Assembly (NCBI GenBank): GCA_950097015.1
Contig: CATNEN010000029.1
Location: forward strand, 3,348,001-3,412,000
Source: Macrostomum hystrix
Lineage: Eukaryota; Animalia; Platyhelminthes
DNA length: 64,000 bases
Direction: 5' to 3'
The notes under the pieces were generated by a model. It saw nothing but the letters and a program-made list of their open reading frames with translations, ran no database searches and was not told the DNA's origin. Position numbers and translations under genes: made by a program. Within the stretch, counting starts at the first letter, position 1; every line of letters begins with the position of its first letter. This document shows, piece after piece, positions 47,971 through 58,667 of this stretch.

Positions 47971-48451
47971 AGGGCACTTTTACAACACCAGTGTACATTG
48001 GTAAGGGATGCCTGCTAAGTCAAAAATGAGGTAAAGGAAAACTAAGTTGCAGTTGCAGATAAGGTGAAGTAAAACTCAGAACTTTTGCAGATAATAGATA
48101 ATAGAAAACTAAGTTAAAAATGTAAGTTGAAGAATTGTCTAAGGTGCTCCTTAAAGAAGGACAAAACAGACTACAACTTTGTTGGTTTTATTGCTTTATT
48201 TACATTTTTATGGCTTCAAAAAATAGAACTTTAGAAAATATATAATAATATTGAGCTAATAAATTTCATTCATAAATCTAATTGAGACAAATGTTATCAA
48301 TGTTTATTAGGCCTATAGAAAAAGACAGAAATACTGCACTAAGTCATTGAAATATATATATGCCAATAGATATTAAGTGAATTCCCACCACTTTATGAAT
48401 AACTATTGTATTTATTCATTTTTTTATGTTAAGCAGGCCCCACTATATAAA

Positions 48452-49151
48452 ATGGAAGTGCTTATTCCCACAGTCCCATGCCAATCATTTCAATTTTATC
48501 CACACAGATCTGTGCAGATAATTTTCTGCTTATCCACATGGCAGCTTGTATAAATAGGTCTACTTTCAAGTCCCTACCCCCTATATATTCTTCTCTGAGC
48601 ATAAGGCTTTTGCTTCAGAGTATAGTGTATAGTGTACACTATCAATGCATAGTGTAAAATAATAACAATGATGTATAATATGTGTAACGAGTTTGGTGCT
48701 GACTAGAATTCTGCTGGTTGACTTGTATGATTTTCTTTGATAGATAGACTTCTGACTTTTTAAGTCAATACAATTTGAATGAAAACACGTAACGATGACA
48801 AAAGATTTAGTAAGTTGTTATTAGGCCCTACAATAATTAAAAAGGATGACATTGATGTCGGTTAATGAATGTGTAGGTCAAAATGTAGTCTAACACTGTC
48901 GTAACACACTGGCAACTTTGTCGATCTATTGGCTCGAGGGTTCAACAAAACGTTCAAGCCTGAAAGGGCCTCGTTTCAAAGAACAGAGCCGTGTGGATAA
49001 AATTGAAATTAAAGGCACGGCATATTTATATAAAGAGTTGTAGACCTATTCATACAAGCTGCCATGTGGATAAGCAGAAAATTATCGGCACAGATCCGTG
49101 TGGATAAAATTGAAATTATTGGCACGGGACAGTGAGAATAAGCTCTGCCAT
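48452..49151. mobile_element. Foldback/MITE-like element with about 112-bp inverted arms
   Basis: 48452-48563 is the reverse complement of 49040-49151 with about 9 mismatches, around a 476-bp spacer. Confidence 0.7.
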
Positions 49152-51013
49152 ATAAAATTGTATTCTGAACTAATTGTATTAGTTAGGCATGCAATATTTA
49201 TAAATGATTGTATATACTTAGCAGCCAATGATAAGTTTTGTCTAATGAATAAATCATAAATTATTGGTCTTGTTATTGTTTAAAGGTTTGGCAAAGTAGA
49301 AGTAAATGAGGATTGTAAAAGAATAGAAAATAGTTATTGGCTTTGCCAAATACAACGAAAAATGCATTTACTCTTTCTAATTCGATTTGGCTTTTAATTT
49401 TAGCTGCCAAGTTAGGCCTACAAACAACCTACTAAAGTGTCAGATAAAGTAGGCCTATACATAAAGTTCTTGTCATCTTTTAATTTTTCTAGATTGCGAT
49501 GAGCATAGAGTAGACAAGACCCAGAGCACTGGGGAATTTGGGATAATGGATCGATCTCAGACGTGCCTCAAGCATTAAAGCACAATTTATACGGGCAGTA
49601 AACGTGACATAAACGTCACAGCCCTAAACGTGACACAGATATTCTGAGCGAGCTTGCTCTCAGAATCAGAATAAGTAAATTCTCCCACCCAATGTGTGCT
49701 TTTTAAACTAATTTAAACTGCATTTAATACAAAGTTATAACAACATTGCTCAACAAAAAATGAAAATAAAAATCTCAAATTCGACTATATTACTTATTAT
49801 TATATGCTAAAACTTGGTCTTTAAGTTCTTATTCCGTTATGTAGTCGTTTTTGCGTTCAAATACGTTTTCCTATTTTACATTATTGCTTCGATTGGTAGT
49901 GGCGAAATTACAATTTAAACTAACTACATGTGCTGTTTAAATATTGTTGCTGTTAAAGCCTGCCGAAATTCCTTCCGCATCCTTCCACTTGGATCCTAGC
50001 CCCTGTAGTGCAAGAATTATTCCGTTGGGCACCCTTCATCATTGGATGCAGAGAGCGGTCGCTGAAATTAGGCTATAGCTTTAATGCGAATTTTCTACAT
50101 ACGCACATAGTTCTAACACTAAAAAGTAGTGTGTGCACTGCCTGAATATGAGAAGTCATGAAAACTATAGTTGTCTATCAAATATTCAAGCAATATGGTT
50201 ATAGCATTGTTGTATAATATAAATAAAATTATGGTATAATATAGTCAATGGCGTAATCCAAGGGGATGGGTGATACATTATACATGCCCGCGTATGGCGT
50301 TCATAAAATAATTGGTTACTACGCGCCTGATAATAGTACAATAGTTCACTGCATGTCGTATATAGCCCTAGTATACGAGCGTAATCAGTACCAACTGACG
50401 TATTTCGCAATGTTCGCTCAATTCATATCGTGTTCGCTCTTCAAATTCGAGTAACGGACATTTAAATGCGCTGTGTTTTATTCATAATTCTAAATCAGCA
50501 GGTCCAATATATGATGACATAAATCCTGCTTACAGCGCTGTTATTGCTTTATTGAAATTTACGTATCTTACGCATGGTTGAACCTACGCTCTTCTGCCCT
50601 ATTATATCTTATATAATAGAATTTATCTCTTCTTCCAAAAAAAGATAAAAAGTTTAATTTTCGCAAACTATGCCCTTAGATAAGAACCCCTTGTTGGCAT
50701 GCAGTGTACAGCTGTAGTGAGCAACGTCAGCCATAATATAATATGATAGTCAAATCTTTAGCTGCGAAACATTTTGCGGGAACTCGTTTGTCATCAGGTC
50801 ATTTCCAAAAAAGTAGTTAATTATTTCGTACATTCTTATATATTATATTTTTAGTTAGTTTGATTTTAGTTCACTGAATTTGTAAAGGTATGTCAGGATG
50901 AAATACTGCAATGATGGTTTGCATGCTTCAAAAAACCTTGGCCTAGCCTGCTCGTTGAAAAATATATCGTAAAAAATGAATTCGTGCGAGCAAGCTGCAG
51001 GACGAAATGCTAA

Positions 51014-52420
51014 CTATATGTACTCGTATGTGCGGTCTTTGATGTATCTTCCGCGGCGGCGTTGGTCCACGTTCAGCGAACCCTGCAGCGAATCGGACCC
51101 AAAGTCAGAGGAACCAGAGTCGTCATGGGCATTCTGCGTGGAAGGCCATCCGCTGTTCAAGTTGTTGATGAACTTGGATGCACATTTTTGGCACTCGTAG
51201 ATGTTTGTGTGAAGTGACAAAGACATGAATGGGCAACTGAACAGTGTTTCTCTGTGGCTCCTTGTCTCCTGCATGCGACCTCTAGAAACATTGCAGCAGC
51301 GTTTCTCCAAGCTTGGTGAGTCAAGCAAAGTAGTTGGTACAGTCTGACCGTCAGCTTCCTCCAAGGGCTGCCCTCTTCGATGTCTTTCTTGCAACCAGCG
51401 ATGTGACTTGGAACCAGCCAGTTGCTTACCTTGTTTAATGATTCCGAAACTTTCGTCAGCATCGCAGTTGTCCAGGTCAAATGACGCCCGGAAGCCATCC
51501 TCCCGAAACTTAGATCGTGCCAATGTGCATTTTCTAGGTGGCCTTAGGCTTCGTAGCGAGCTAACATTGCGACCCAGCAGCAGATCGCTTTCCGCGTGAT
51601 TACCTATGTAGATTTGGTTCACCTGCTGCTCCCGTGGGATCCGCCGAATCTTCTGCTGTAGCTGGTGACAGGTGACTTGTTTTTGGCGCTGTTGCGGCTT
51701 TTGCCGGATTCTGTAGAAAATGTCGCTAAGATTGGAAGCGTTATCGTTTCCCCTTGAATACTGTCCCTGGACTCTGTCCCGTCTGCATGTGGTCAGTCCG
51801 CGGGGTTGCACTGCTGGCGATGGCGACTGCGCTGGGGACAACATTAGTGGCTCTGATGCTTGTTGAGGCGATGAATCTCGTCGATTTTTGCCGCGCACAG
51901 CCGACTTCTCTCGATTAGAGGCGTTTTTATCGCGCGTGGCCAGCTTGACTAGCCGGCGATAGTCGCCTGCTCTTTGTTGCACCGAACCGTCGCGGTTAGC
52001 CTCAGAGTCAGACAAAGACGCTAATAGCGACATATCGGCTTGCTGAGCCATCTTTGAGCTAAAAGGCCTGCCCGCCTTTTGAATGTCAGATTTCCTATAT
52101 TGTCTATTTTTTAAGTTCTGTGTGCGCACCAGGTCGAGTAGCTTTATTCTCATGTCGGAGCCGGACACTCTAGGACTGAAGCTGTTCTCTGAGTTCGAGC
52201 TTCTTGTCTGACAGTGAGCCGTGGAGGATCCGACTTGGTCAATGTGCAAATACCTGCTGCGGCTAGAGCAGCCACTCGTGAAACTATCGCTGCTGTTTGC
52301 AGTGCTGCTGTTAAATGGCGCTGATCGAGAGGCATCAACATAGAAACAATGTTTGTAGATATTCCTGTCCTGCCTGTTAATCGAGCAATTAGTGCCCCGA
52401 TGAGGTTGATTTCCAAGCAT
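51014..52420 (-). CDS. Hypothetical basic, Ser/Arg/Gln-rich protein, 468 aa
   Basis: A 1.4-kb non-repetitive ORF beginning with ATG, with higher GC than its flanks. No domain recognised. Confidence 0.65.
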   Translation of the reverse strand: MLGNQPHRGTNCSINRQDRNIYKHCFYVDASRSAPFNSSTANSSDSFTSGCSSRSRYLHIDQVGSSTAHCQTRSSNSENSFSPRVSGSDMRIKLLDLVRTQNLKNRQYRKSDIQKAGRPFSSKMAQQADMSLLASLSDSEANRDGSVQQRAGDYRRLVKLATRDKNASNREKSAVRGKNRRDSSPQQASEPLMLSPAQSPSPAVQPRGLTTCRRDRVQGQYSRGNDNASNLSDIFYRIRQKPQQRQKQVTCHQLQQKIRRIPREQQVNQIYIGNHAESDLLLGRNVSSLRSLRPPRKCTLARSKFREDGFRASFDLDNCDADESFGIIKQGKQLAGSKSHRWLQERHRRGQPLEEADGQTVPTTLLDSPSLEKRCCNVSRGRMQETRSHRETLFSCPFMSLSLHTNIYECQKCASKFINNLNSGWPSTQNAHDDSGSSDFGSDSLQGSLNVDQRRRGRYIKDRTYEYI

Positions 52421-52994
52421 GGAAACTTCTTGGTGACCTCGTTGATAAGTTCTAGCCGAAGCTGGAAGCGACCGCTTGGTATTGCAAATAAGGCAGTAAA
52501 CTGAGTATTTTATGCTGCCTTTATTCCAAGCAGAGTATATTCTATAAAACCAACTTTACTTTCGCATTAGAACTCAGAACTCAATGCCATAGACCCTGAT
52601 TTTGAGCTTTTATTTTGCAGGCCATGATTCTCATGCAGCCCGCGATGTCTTCTGTCATATGCCTTATCTTAAAATAATATTTTAAATTATATTCATATCC
52701 AATTAATCTTACAATGGGTTTACGACGCTTTTTGGTCAGAATTTTTTTGGCAATCGGCAATCGACAACTCACTTCTTTTTTAAGCCTTTTCTAGCCCAGT
52801 AATTATGCTATTGTGGCTACCAGACCAGTGCATTGGCACCTAAAGCCATGAGTACCCAGCTAGCCACTGTGTACCGGTTCATGCCACTTTGACAGCGCAG
52901 CTCCCCATGCATGCCGCCTAGTTTTAAGAACCTTTAGCAAGAAAATTTCTCGCCCTCTCAACATTAGCAGCCATCGGGGTTAATGGACGTGATT

Positions 52995-53290
52995 CTTCTT
53001 CTACACATCACCCGCGACGCCGCCTGCTGGCAGCCAGGGAGATCGGATGGGCGTCGCTAAGGGGCAGAGCTTCAAGAGGTGCTCAACTGTGTCATACTCT
53101 CGGACGGACACTTAGCCGAGTGGAAAAGGCTGGTGCGGCAAAGGTGATAGCGCGGCGTGCAGCAGCCAGCGCGGAGCTGACACACCGCCACGGATTCGGC
53201 CAGGCTGATATTCTTGGAGCGTCCCGGCACAAGGTAGCCATGCAGGTTTCGCTGCATCCTGGCTCTTCAAATCGCTGCATTGGCGGCGTT
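52995..53290 (-). mobile_element. Decayed LINE ORF2 C-terminal fragment with a CCHC knuckle
   Basis: AVCQLRAGCCTPRYHLCRTSLFHSAKCP, then after a frameshift EYDTVEHLLKLCP. This matches the QLR.GH...Y.L.R......C.C....T.EH.L..CP end of I/R1/Jockey-group LINEs. Confidence 0.65.
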
Positions 53291-53664
53291 GAAGTTTATG
53301 GGCATTTGAGATAAATGCCGCGGGCTCTATTGAGCGAATCAACAGTCACACGGGGGTCTGGGGTGTAACTAGCCCTATTAGTTGTTGTGTCAGCCATTAT
53401 TTCGTAATTTTTGTCAGCCCAGAGATAGTTATTTCCGGAAACTGCGACGAGTTAGTCGTCATGTTGGGATTTTTATGCTCGATGAGGAGCTAAGACTCAT
53501 TGCTTACGGCCAAGACTCTCACTCTTGTGATCTTTAGAACTAACTTCAGACAGCTTTCGATGCAACACGCGAATTAAAAACACTTTTGCACTTTGAATTG
53601 AGTCACCGTTGACAATTTTACAATTACTTGACTTAATTGTGTTTCTGAGCTGCAACCCACGACT

Positions 53665-54015
53665 TCTAATATACTAAAAATGAAAATCTTGCTTGCTTGC
53701 TTGCTTGCTTGTATGTTTGCAATCGACTAGCTCCCGAACGGCTCAACCGATTTTCAAAATTCTTTCACTAAAAGATCGCAAATGGGCCGGAATCGGTACA
53801 CGTAATTTTATTAAGCTTAATTCCATTGCCAAGGGGATTAAATATTCAAAAAACTGTTTTAAATAGGCTTTTCTAATGCATTCTTGTTTTCAGCTTGTGC
53901 AGTGAGGCCTCCAGTGCCAAATTTAATGATTGCATCAGAGCCAGTTTTGATAACGCACGCGCGTACTGATAAGAACTCACAGGGAGGCTACCCAGAGGGT
54001 AGCGAAGGCAGCTAG
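53665..54015 (+). mobile_element. Short non-autonomous Helitron-like element (351 bp), array unit 1
   Basis: 5' TC-taatatactaaaaatgaaa, (CTTG)n microsatellite and cgaacggctcaaccgatttt, an architecture like Lep1-type Helitrons. The 3' end has a perfect hairpin gctaccc-aga-gggtagc, an 8-nt spacer and a terminal CTAG at 54012-54015. Confidence 0.85.
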
Positions 54016-54035
54016 TCCACTATACTAAAAATGAA

Positions 54036-54075
<40 letters not shown>

Positions 54076-54624
54076 AATTGATTTTCTTCCGAACGGCTCA
54101 ACCGATTTTCACCATTTCTTCACCAAATGATGCTAAATATGGGGACAATTGTACACGTATTTTTATTAAGCTTAACTTTATTGCTAAGGGGATTAAATAT
54201 TCGAAAAACATGATTTTTCAAAGGTCAAATTCAAAGGTCAAACCACTCACTGCCACTGAATTAGAATTGCATCGTCAAATTGCGCAACAACCCCTAGCTG
54301 ATTGAATTTGAAGCCTGCACTCTGGAGACAAATTGGAAATAAATGTACACAACCAACCGCGAGACTGAGTGTACTCTATTTTCTTACTTCATTGTACAAA
54401 GCCAGAACTTTGAGAATTCATTTTATAAGGCTGATTTCTGCACCCACTAACCAACAGTCGGAATAGCCGATGTGTAGGCACTAGGAATAGGTTAGGCTAG
54501 GCTAGGGTTCGATTCTGCACTGCGTCAAATCATTTAGACTAATTTTCAGCCAGTAGTGATTGAAGATTATTTTGATTTATTTTTTTCATTTCGTAAATAA
54601 AATATCATAAATCATAGCAAACCT

Positions 54625-56700
54625 GAATTTGAATCATGGCAAAAATAGAGCTTGAATCATGGCTAAACCAGCGTCTGAATCATGGCTAAACCAGAGTCTG
54701 AATCATTGCTAAACCAGAGTTTGAATCATGGCTAAACCAGAGTTTGAATCATGGCTAAACCAGAGTTTGAATCATGGCTAAACCAGAGTTTGAATCATGG
54801 CTAAACCAGAGTTTGAATCATGGCTAAACCAGAGTCTGAATCATGGCTAAACCAGAGTTTGAATCATGGCTAAACCAGAGTCTGAATCATGGCTTAACCA
54901 GAGTTTGAATCATGGCTAAACCAGAGTTTGAATCATGGCTAAACCAGAGTCTGAATCATGGCTAAACCAGCGTCTGAATCATGGCTAAACCAGAGTTTGA
55001 ATCATGGCTAAACCAGAGTCTGAATCATGGCTTAACTAGAGTTTGAATCATGGCTAAACCAGAGTCTGAATCATGGCTAAACCAGCGTCTGAATCATGGC
55101 TAAAGCAGAGTTTGAATCATGGCTAAACCAGAGTCTGTATCATGGCTTAACCAGAGTTTGAATCATGGCTAAACCAGAGTTTGAATCATGGCTAAACCAG
55201 AGTTTGAATCATGGCTAAACCAGAGTTTGAATCATGGCTAAACCAGAGTCTGAGTCATGGCTAAACCAGAGTCTGAATCATGGCTAAACCAACGTTTGAA
55301 TCATGGCTAACCTAGAGTCTGAATCATGGCTAAACCATAGTCTGAATCATTGCTAAAATAGAGTCTGAATCATGGCTAAACCAGAGTCTGAATCATGGCT
55401 AAACCAGAGTCTGAATCATGGCTAAACTAGAGTCTGAATCATGGCTAAACCAGAGTCTGAATCATGGCTAAACTAGAGTCTGAATCATGGCTAAACCAGA
55501 GTTTGAACCATGGCTAAACCAGAGTTTGAATCATGGCTAAACCAGCGTCTGAATCATGGCTAAACCAGAGTCTGAATCATGGCTAAACCAGAGTTTGAAT
55601 CATGGCTAAACCAGAGTCTGAATCATGGCTTAACCAGAGTTTGAATCATGGCTAAACCAGCGTCTGAATCATGGCTAAACCAGAGTTTGAATCATGGCTA
55701 AACCAGAGACTAAATCATGGCTAAACTAGAGTCTGAATCATGGCTAAACCAGAGTTTGAACCATGGCTAAACCAGAGTTTGAATCATGGCTAAACCAGCG
55801 TCTGAATCATGGCTAAACCAGCGTCTGAATCATGGCTAAACCAGAGTTTGAATCATGGCTAAACCAGAGTTTGAATATTGGCAACACCAGAGTTTGAATC
55901 ATGGCTAAACCAGCGTCTGAATCATGGCTAAACCAGCGTCTGAATCATGGCTAAACCAGAGTTTGAATCATGGCTAAACCAGAGTTTGAATATTGGCAAC
56001 ACCAGAGTCTGAATCATGGCTAAACTAGAGTCTGAATCATGGCTAAACCAGAGTCTGAATCATGGCTAAACTAGAGTCTGAATCATGGCTAAACCAGAGT
56101 TTGAACCATGGCTAAACCAGAGTTTGAATCATGGCTAAACCAGCGTCTGAATCATGGCTAAACCAGCGTCTGAATCATGGCTAAACCAGAGTTTGAATCA
56201 TGGCTAAACCAGAGTTTGAATATTGGCAACACCAGAGTTTGAATCATGGCTAAACCAGCGTCTGAATCATGGCTAAACCAGAGTTTGAATCATGGCTAAA
56301 CCAGAGACTAAATCATGGCTAAACCATCATCATCAGCATGGCTAAACTAGAGTTTGAATCATGGCTAAACCATCATCATCAGCATGGCTAAACTAGAGTT
56401 TGAATCATGGCTAAACCAGAGTTTGAATAATGGCTACACCAGAGTTTGAATCATGGCTAAACCAGAGTCTGAATCATGGCTAAACTAGAGTTTGAATCAT
56501 GGCTAAACCAGAGTTTGAATAATGGCTACACCATAGTTTGAATCATGGCTAAACCAGAGTCTGAATCATGGCTAAACCAGAGTTTGAATCTTGGCTAAAC
56601 CAGAGTTTCAATCATGGCTAACCCAGCGTTTGAATCATGGCTAAACCAGAGTTTGAATCATGGCAAAAACCGAGTTGAATCTTGGCTAACCCAGCGTTTG
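54625..56700. repeat. 23-bp satellite, about 90 copies, inside Helitron unit 2
   Basis: Unit gaatcatggctaaaccagagt(t/c)t. Confidence 0.97.
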
Positions 56701-56711
56701 AAAAATCAACG

Positions 56712-57968
56712 TCAACTGGGGAGTCATCATCAAAATGGGGATCATGGTGAACTGGGGGATCATGGTAAACTGGGGGATAATTGTCGACTGGGGGATCATT
56801 GTCAACTGGGGGATCATTGTCAACTGGGGGATCATTGTCAACTGGGGGATCATTGTCAACTGGGGGATCATTGTCAAATGGGGGATCATTGTCAACTGGG
56901 GGATCTTTGTCAACTGGGTGTTCATTGTCAACTGGGGGTTCATTGTCAACTGGGGGATCATTGTCAACTGGGGGATCATTGTGAACTGAGAGATCATTGT
57001 CAACTGGGGGGTAATGGTCAACTGGGGGATAATTGTCAACTGGGGAATCATCATCAACTGGGGATCATCATCAACTGGGGGATCATTGAGAACTGGGGGA
57101 TCTTTGTCAACTGGGGGATCATTGTGAACTGGGGGATCTTTGTCAACTGGGGGATCATTGTATACTGTGGGATCATTGTCAACTGGGGGATCATTGTCAA
57201 CTGGGGGATCATTGTCAACTGGGGGATCGTTGTCAACTGGGGGATCATTGTCAACTGGGGGAACATTGTCAACTGGAGGAACATTGTTAACTAGGGATCA
57301 TCATCAATGGGGAGACTTCATCAACTGGGGGACCATTGTGAACTGGGGGATCTTTGTTAACTGGGGGGATCATTGTCAACTGGGGGATCATTCTCAACTG
57401 GGGGATCATTGTCAACTGGGGGATCATTTTCAACTGGGGGATCATCATCAACTGGAGGATCATTGTCAACTGGGGGATCATTGTCAACTGGGGGATCATT
57501 GTCAACTGGGGGATCATTGTCAACTGGGTGATCATCATCAACTGGGGGATCATTGTCAACTGGGGGAACATTGTCAAATGGAGGAACATTGTTAACTGGG
57601 GATCATCATCAATGGGGAGACTTCATCAACTGGGGGATCATTGTGAACTGGGGGATCTTTGTTAACTGGGGGATCATTGTCAACTGGGGGATCATTGTCA
57701 ACTGGGGGATCATTTTCAACTGGGGGATCATCATCAACTGGGGGATCATCATCAACTGGGTGATCATTGTGAACTGGGGGATCTTTGTCAACTGGGGGAT
57801 CATTGTCAACTGTGGGATCATTGTCAACTGGGGGATCATTGTCAAATGGGGGATCATTGTCAACTGGGGGATCGTTGTCAACTGGGGGTTCATTGTCAAC
57901 TGGGGGTTCATTGTCAACTGGGGGATCATTGTCAACTGGGGGATCATTGTCAACTGGGGGTTCATTGT
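56712..57968. repeat. 18-bp satellite, about 70 copies, inside Helitron unit 2
   Basis: Unit caactgggggatcattgt. It accounts for the LGDHCQ / WGIIVN / MIPQLT repeat ORFs. Confidence 0.97.
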
Positions 57969-58667
57969 AGCTTTAAAAAGCTGTAAATTCAGCTGCTAAA
58001 AAGTATATACTAGACGAATTAAAAGTATTTCTGCTCTCCGAAGGGGGGCAAAACTTGCTAGTCCACTATACTAAAAATGAAATGCTTGCTTGGTTGGTTG
58101 CTTGGTTGCTTGTAATTGATTTTCTCCCGAACGGCTCAACCGATTTTCACCATTTCTTCACCAAAAGATGCTAAATATGGGGACAATTATACACGTATTT
58201 TTATTAAGCTTAACTTTCTTGCTAAAGGGATTAAATATTCGAAAAACATGATTTTTTCAAAGGTCAAACCATCTTGGCCTATTGAGAATTTCACTGACAG
58301 CCACTGAATTAGAATTGCATCGTCAAATTGCGCAACAACCCCTAGCTGATTGAATTTGAAGCCTGCACTCTGGAGACAAATTTGAAATAAATGTACACAA
58401 CCAACTGCGAGACTGAGTGTACTCTATTTTCTTACTTCATTGTACAAAGCCAGAACTTTGAGAATTCATTTTATAAGGCTGATTTTTGCACCCACTAACC
58501 AACAGTCAGAATAGCCGATGTGGAGGCACTAGGAATAAGTTAGGCTAGGCTAGGGTTCGATTCTGCACTGGGTCAAATCATTTAGACTAATTTTCTGCCA
58601 GTAGTGATTGAAGATTATTTTATATTATTTTTTATATTTCGTAAATAAAATATCACAAATCATAGCA

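Larger units (their letters stand above)
54016..58061 (+). mobile_element. Non-autonomous Helitron-like element (4046 bp) carrying two internal satellite arrays, array unit 2
   Basis: Starts with TC directly after the CTAG of unit 1 and has the same 5' block. Ends with hairpin gctctcc-gaa-ggggggc, an 8-nt spacer and CTAG at 58058-58061. No Rep/helicase ORF. Confidence 0.85.

Noticed and set aside
48495-48540. TTATCCACA (bacterial DnaA box) copies
   Set aside because: They are part of the foldback arms in eukaryotic DNA; coincidental.
56614-57999. Cys/His-rich (LGDHCQ)n metal-binding-like ORFs
   Set aside because: They derive from the 18-bp satellite, and indels switch frames repeatedly along the array.
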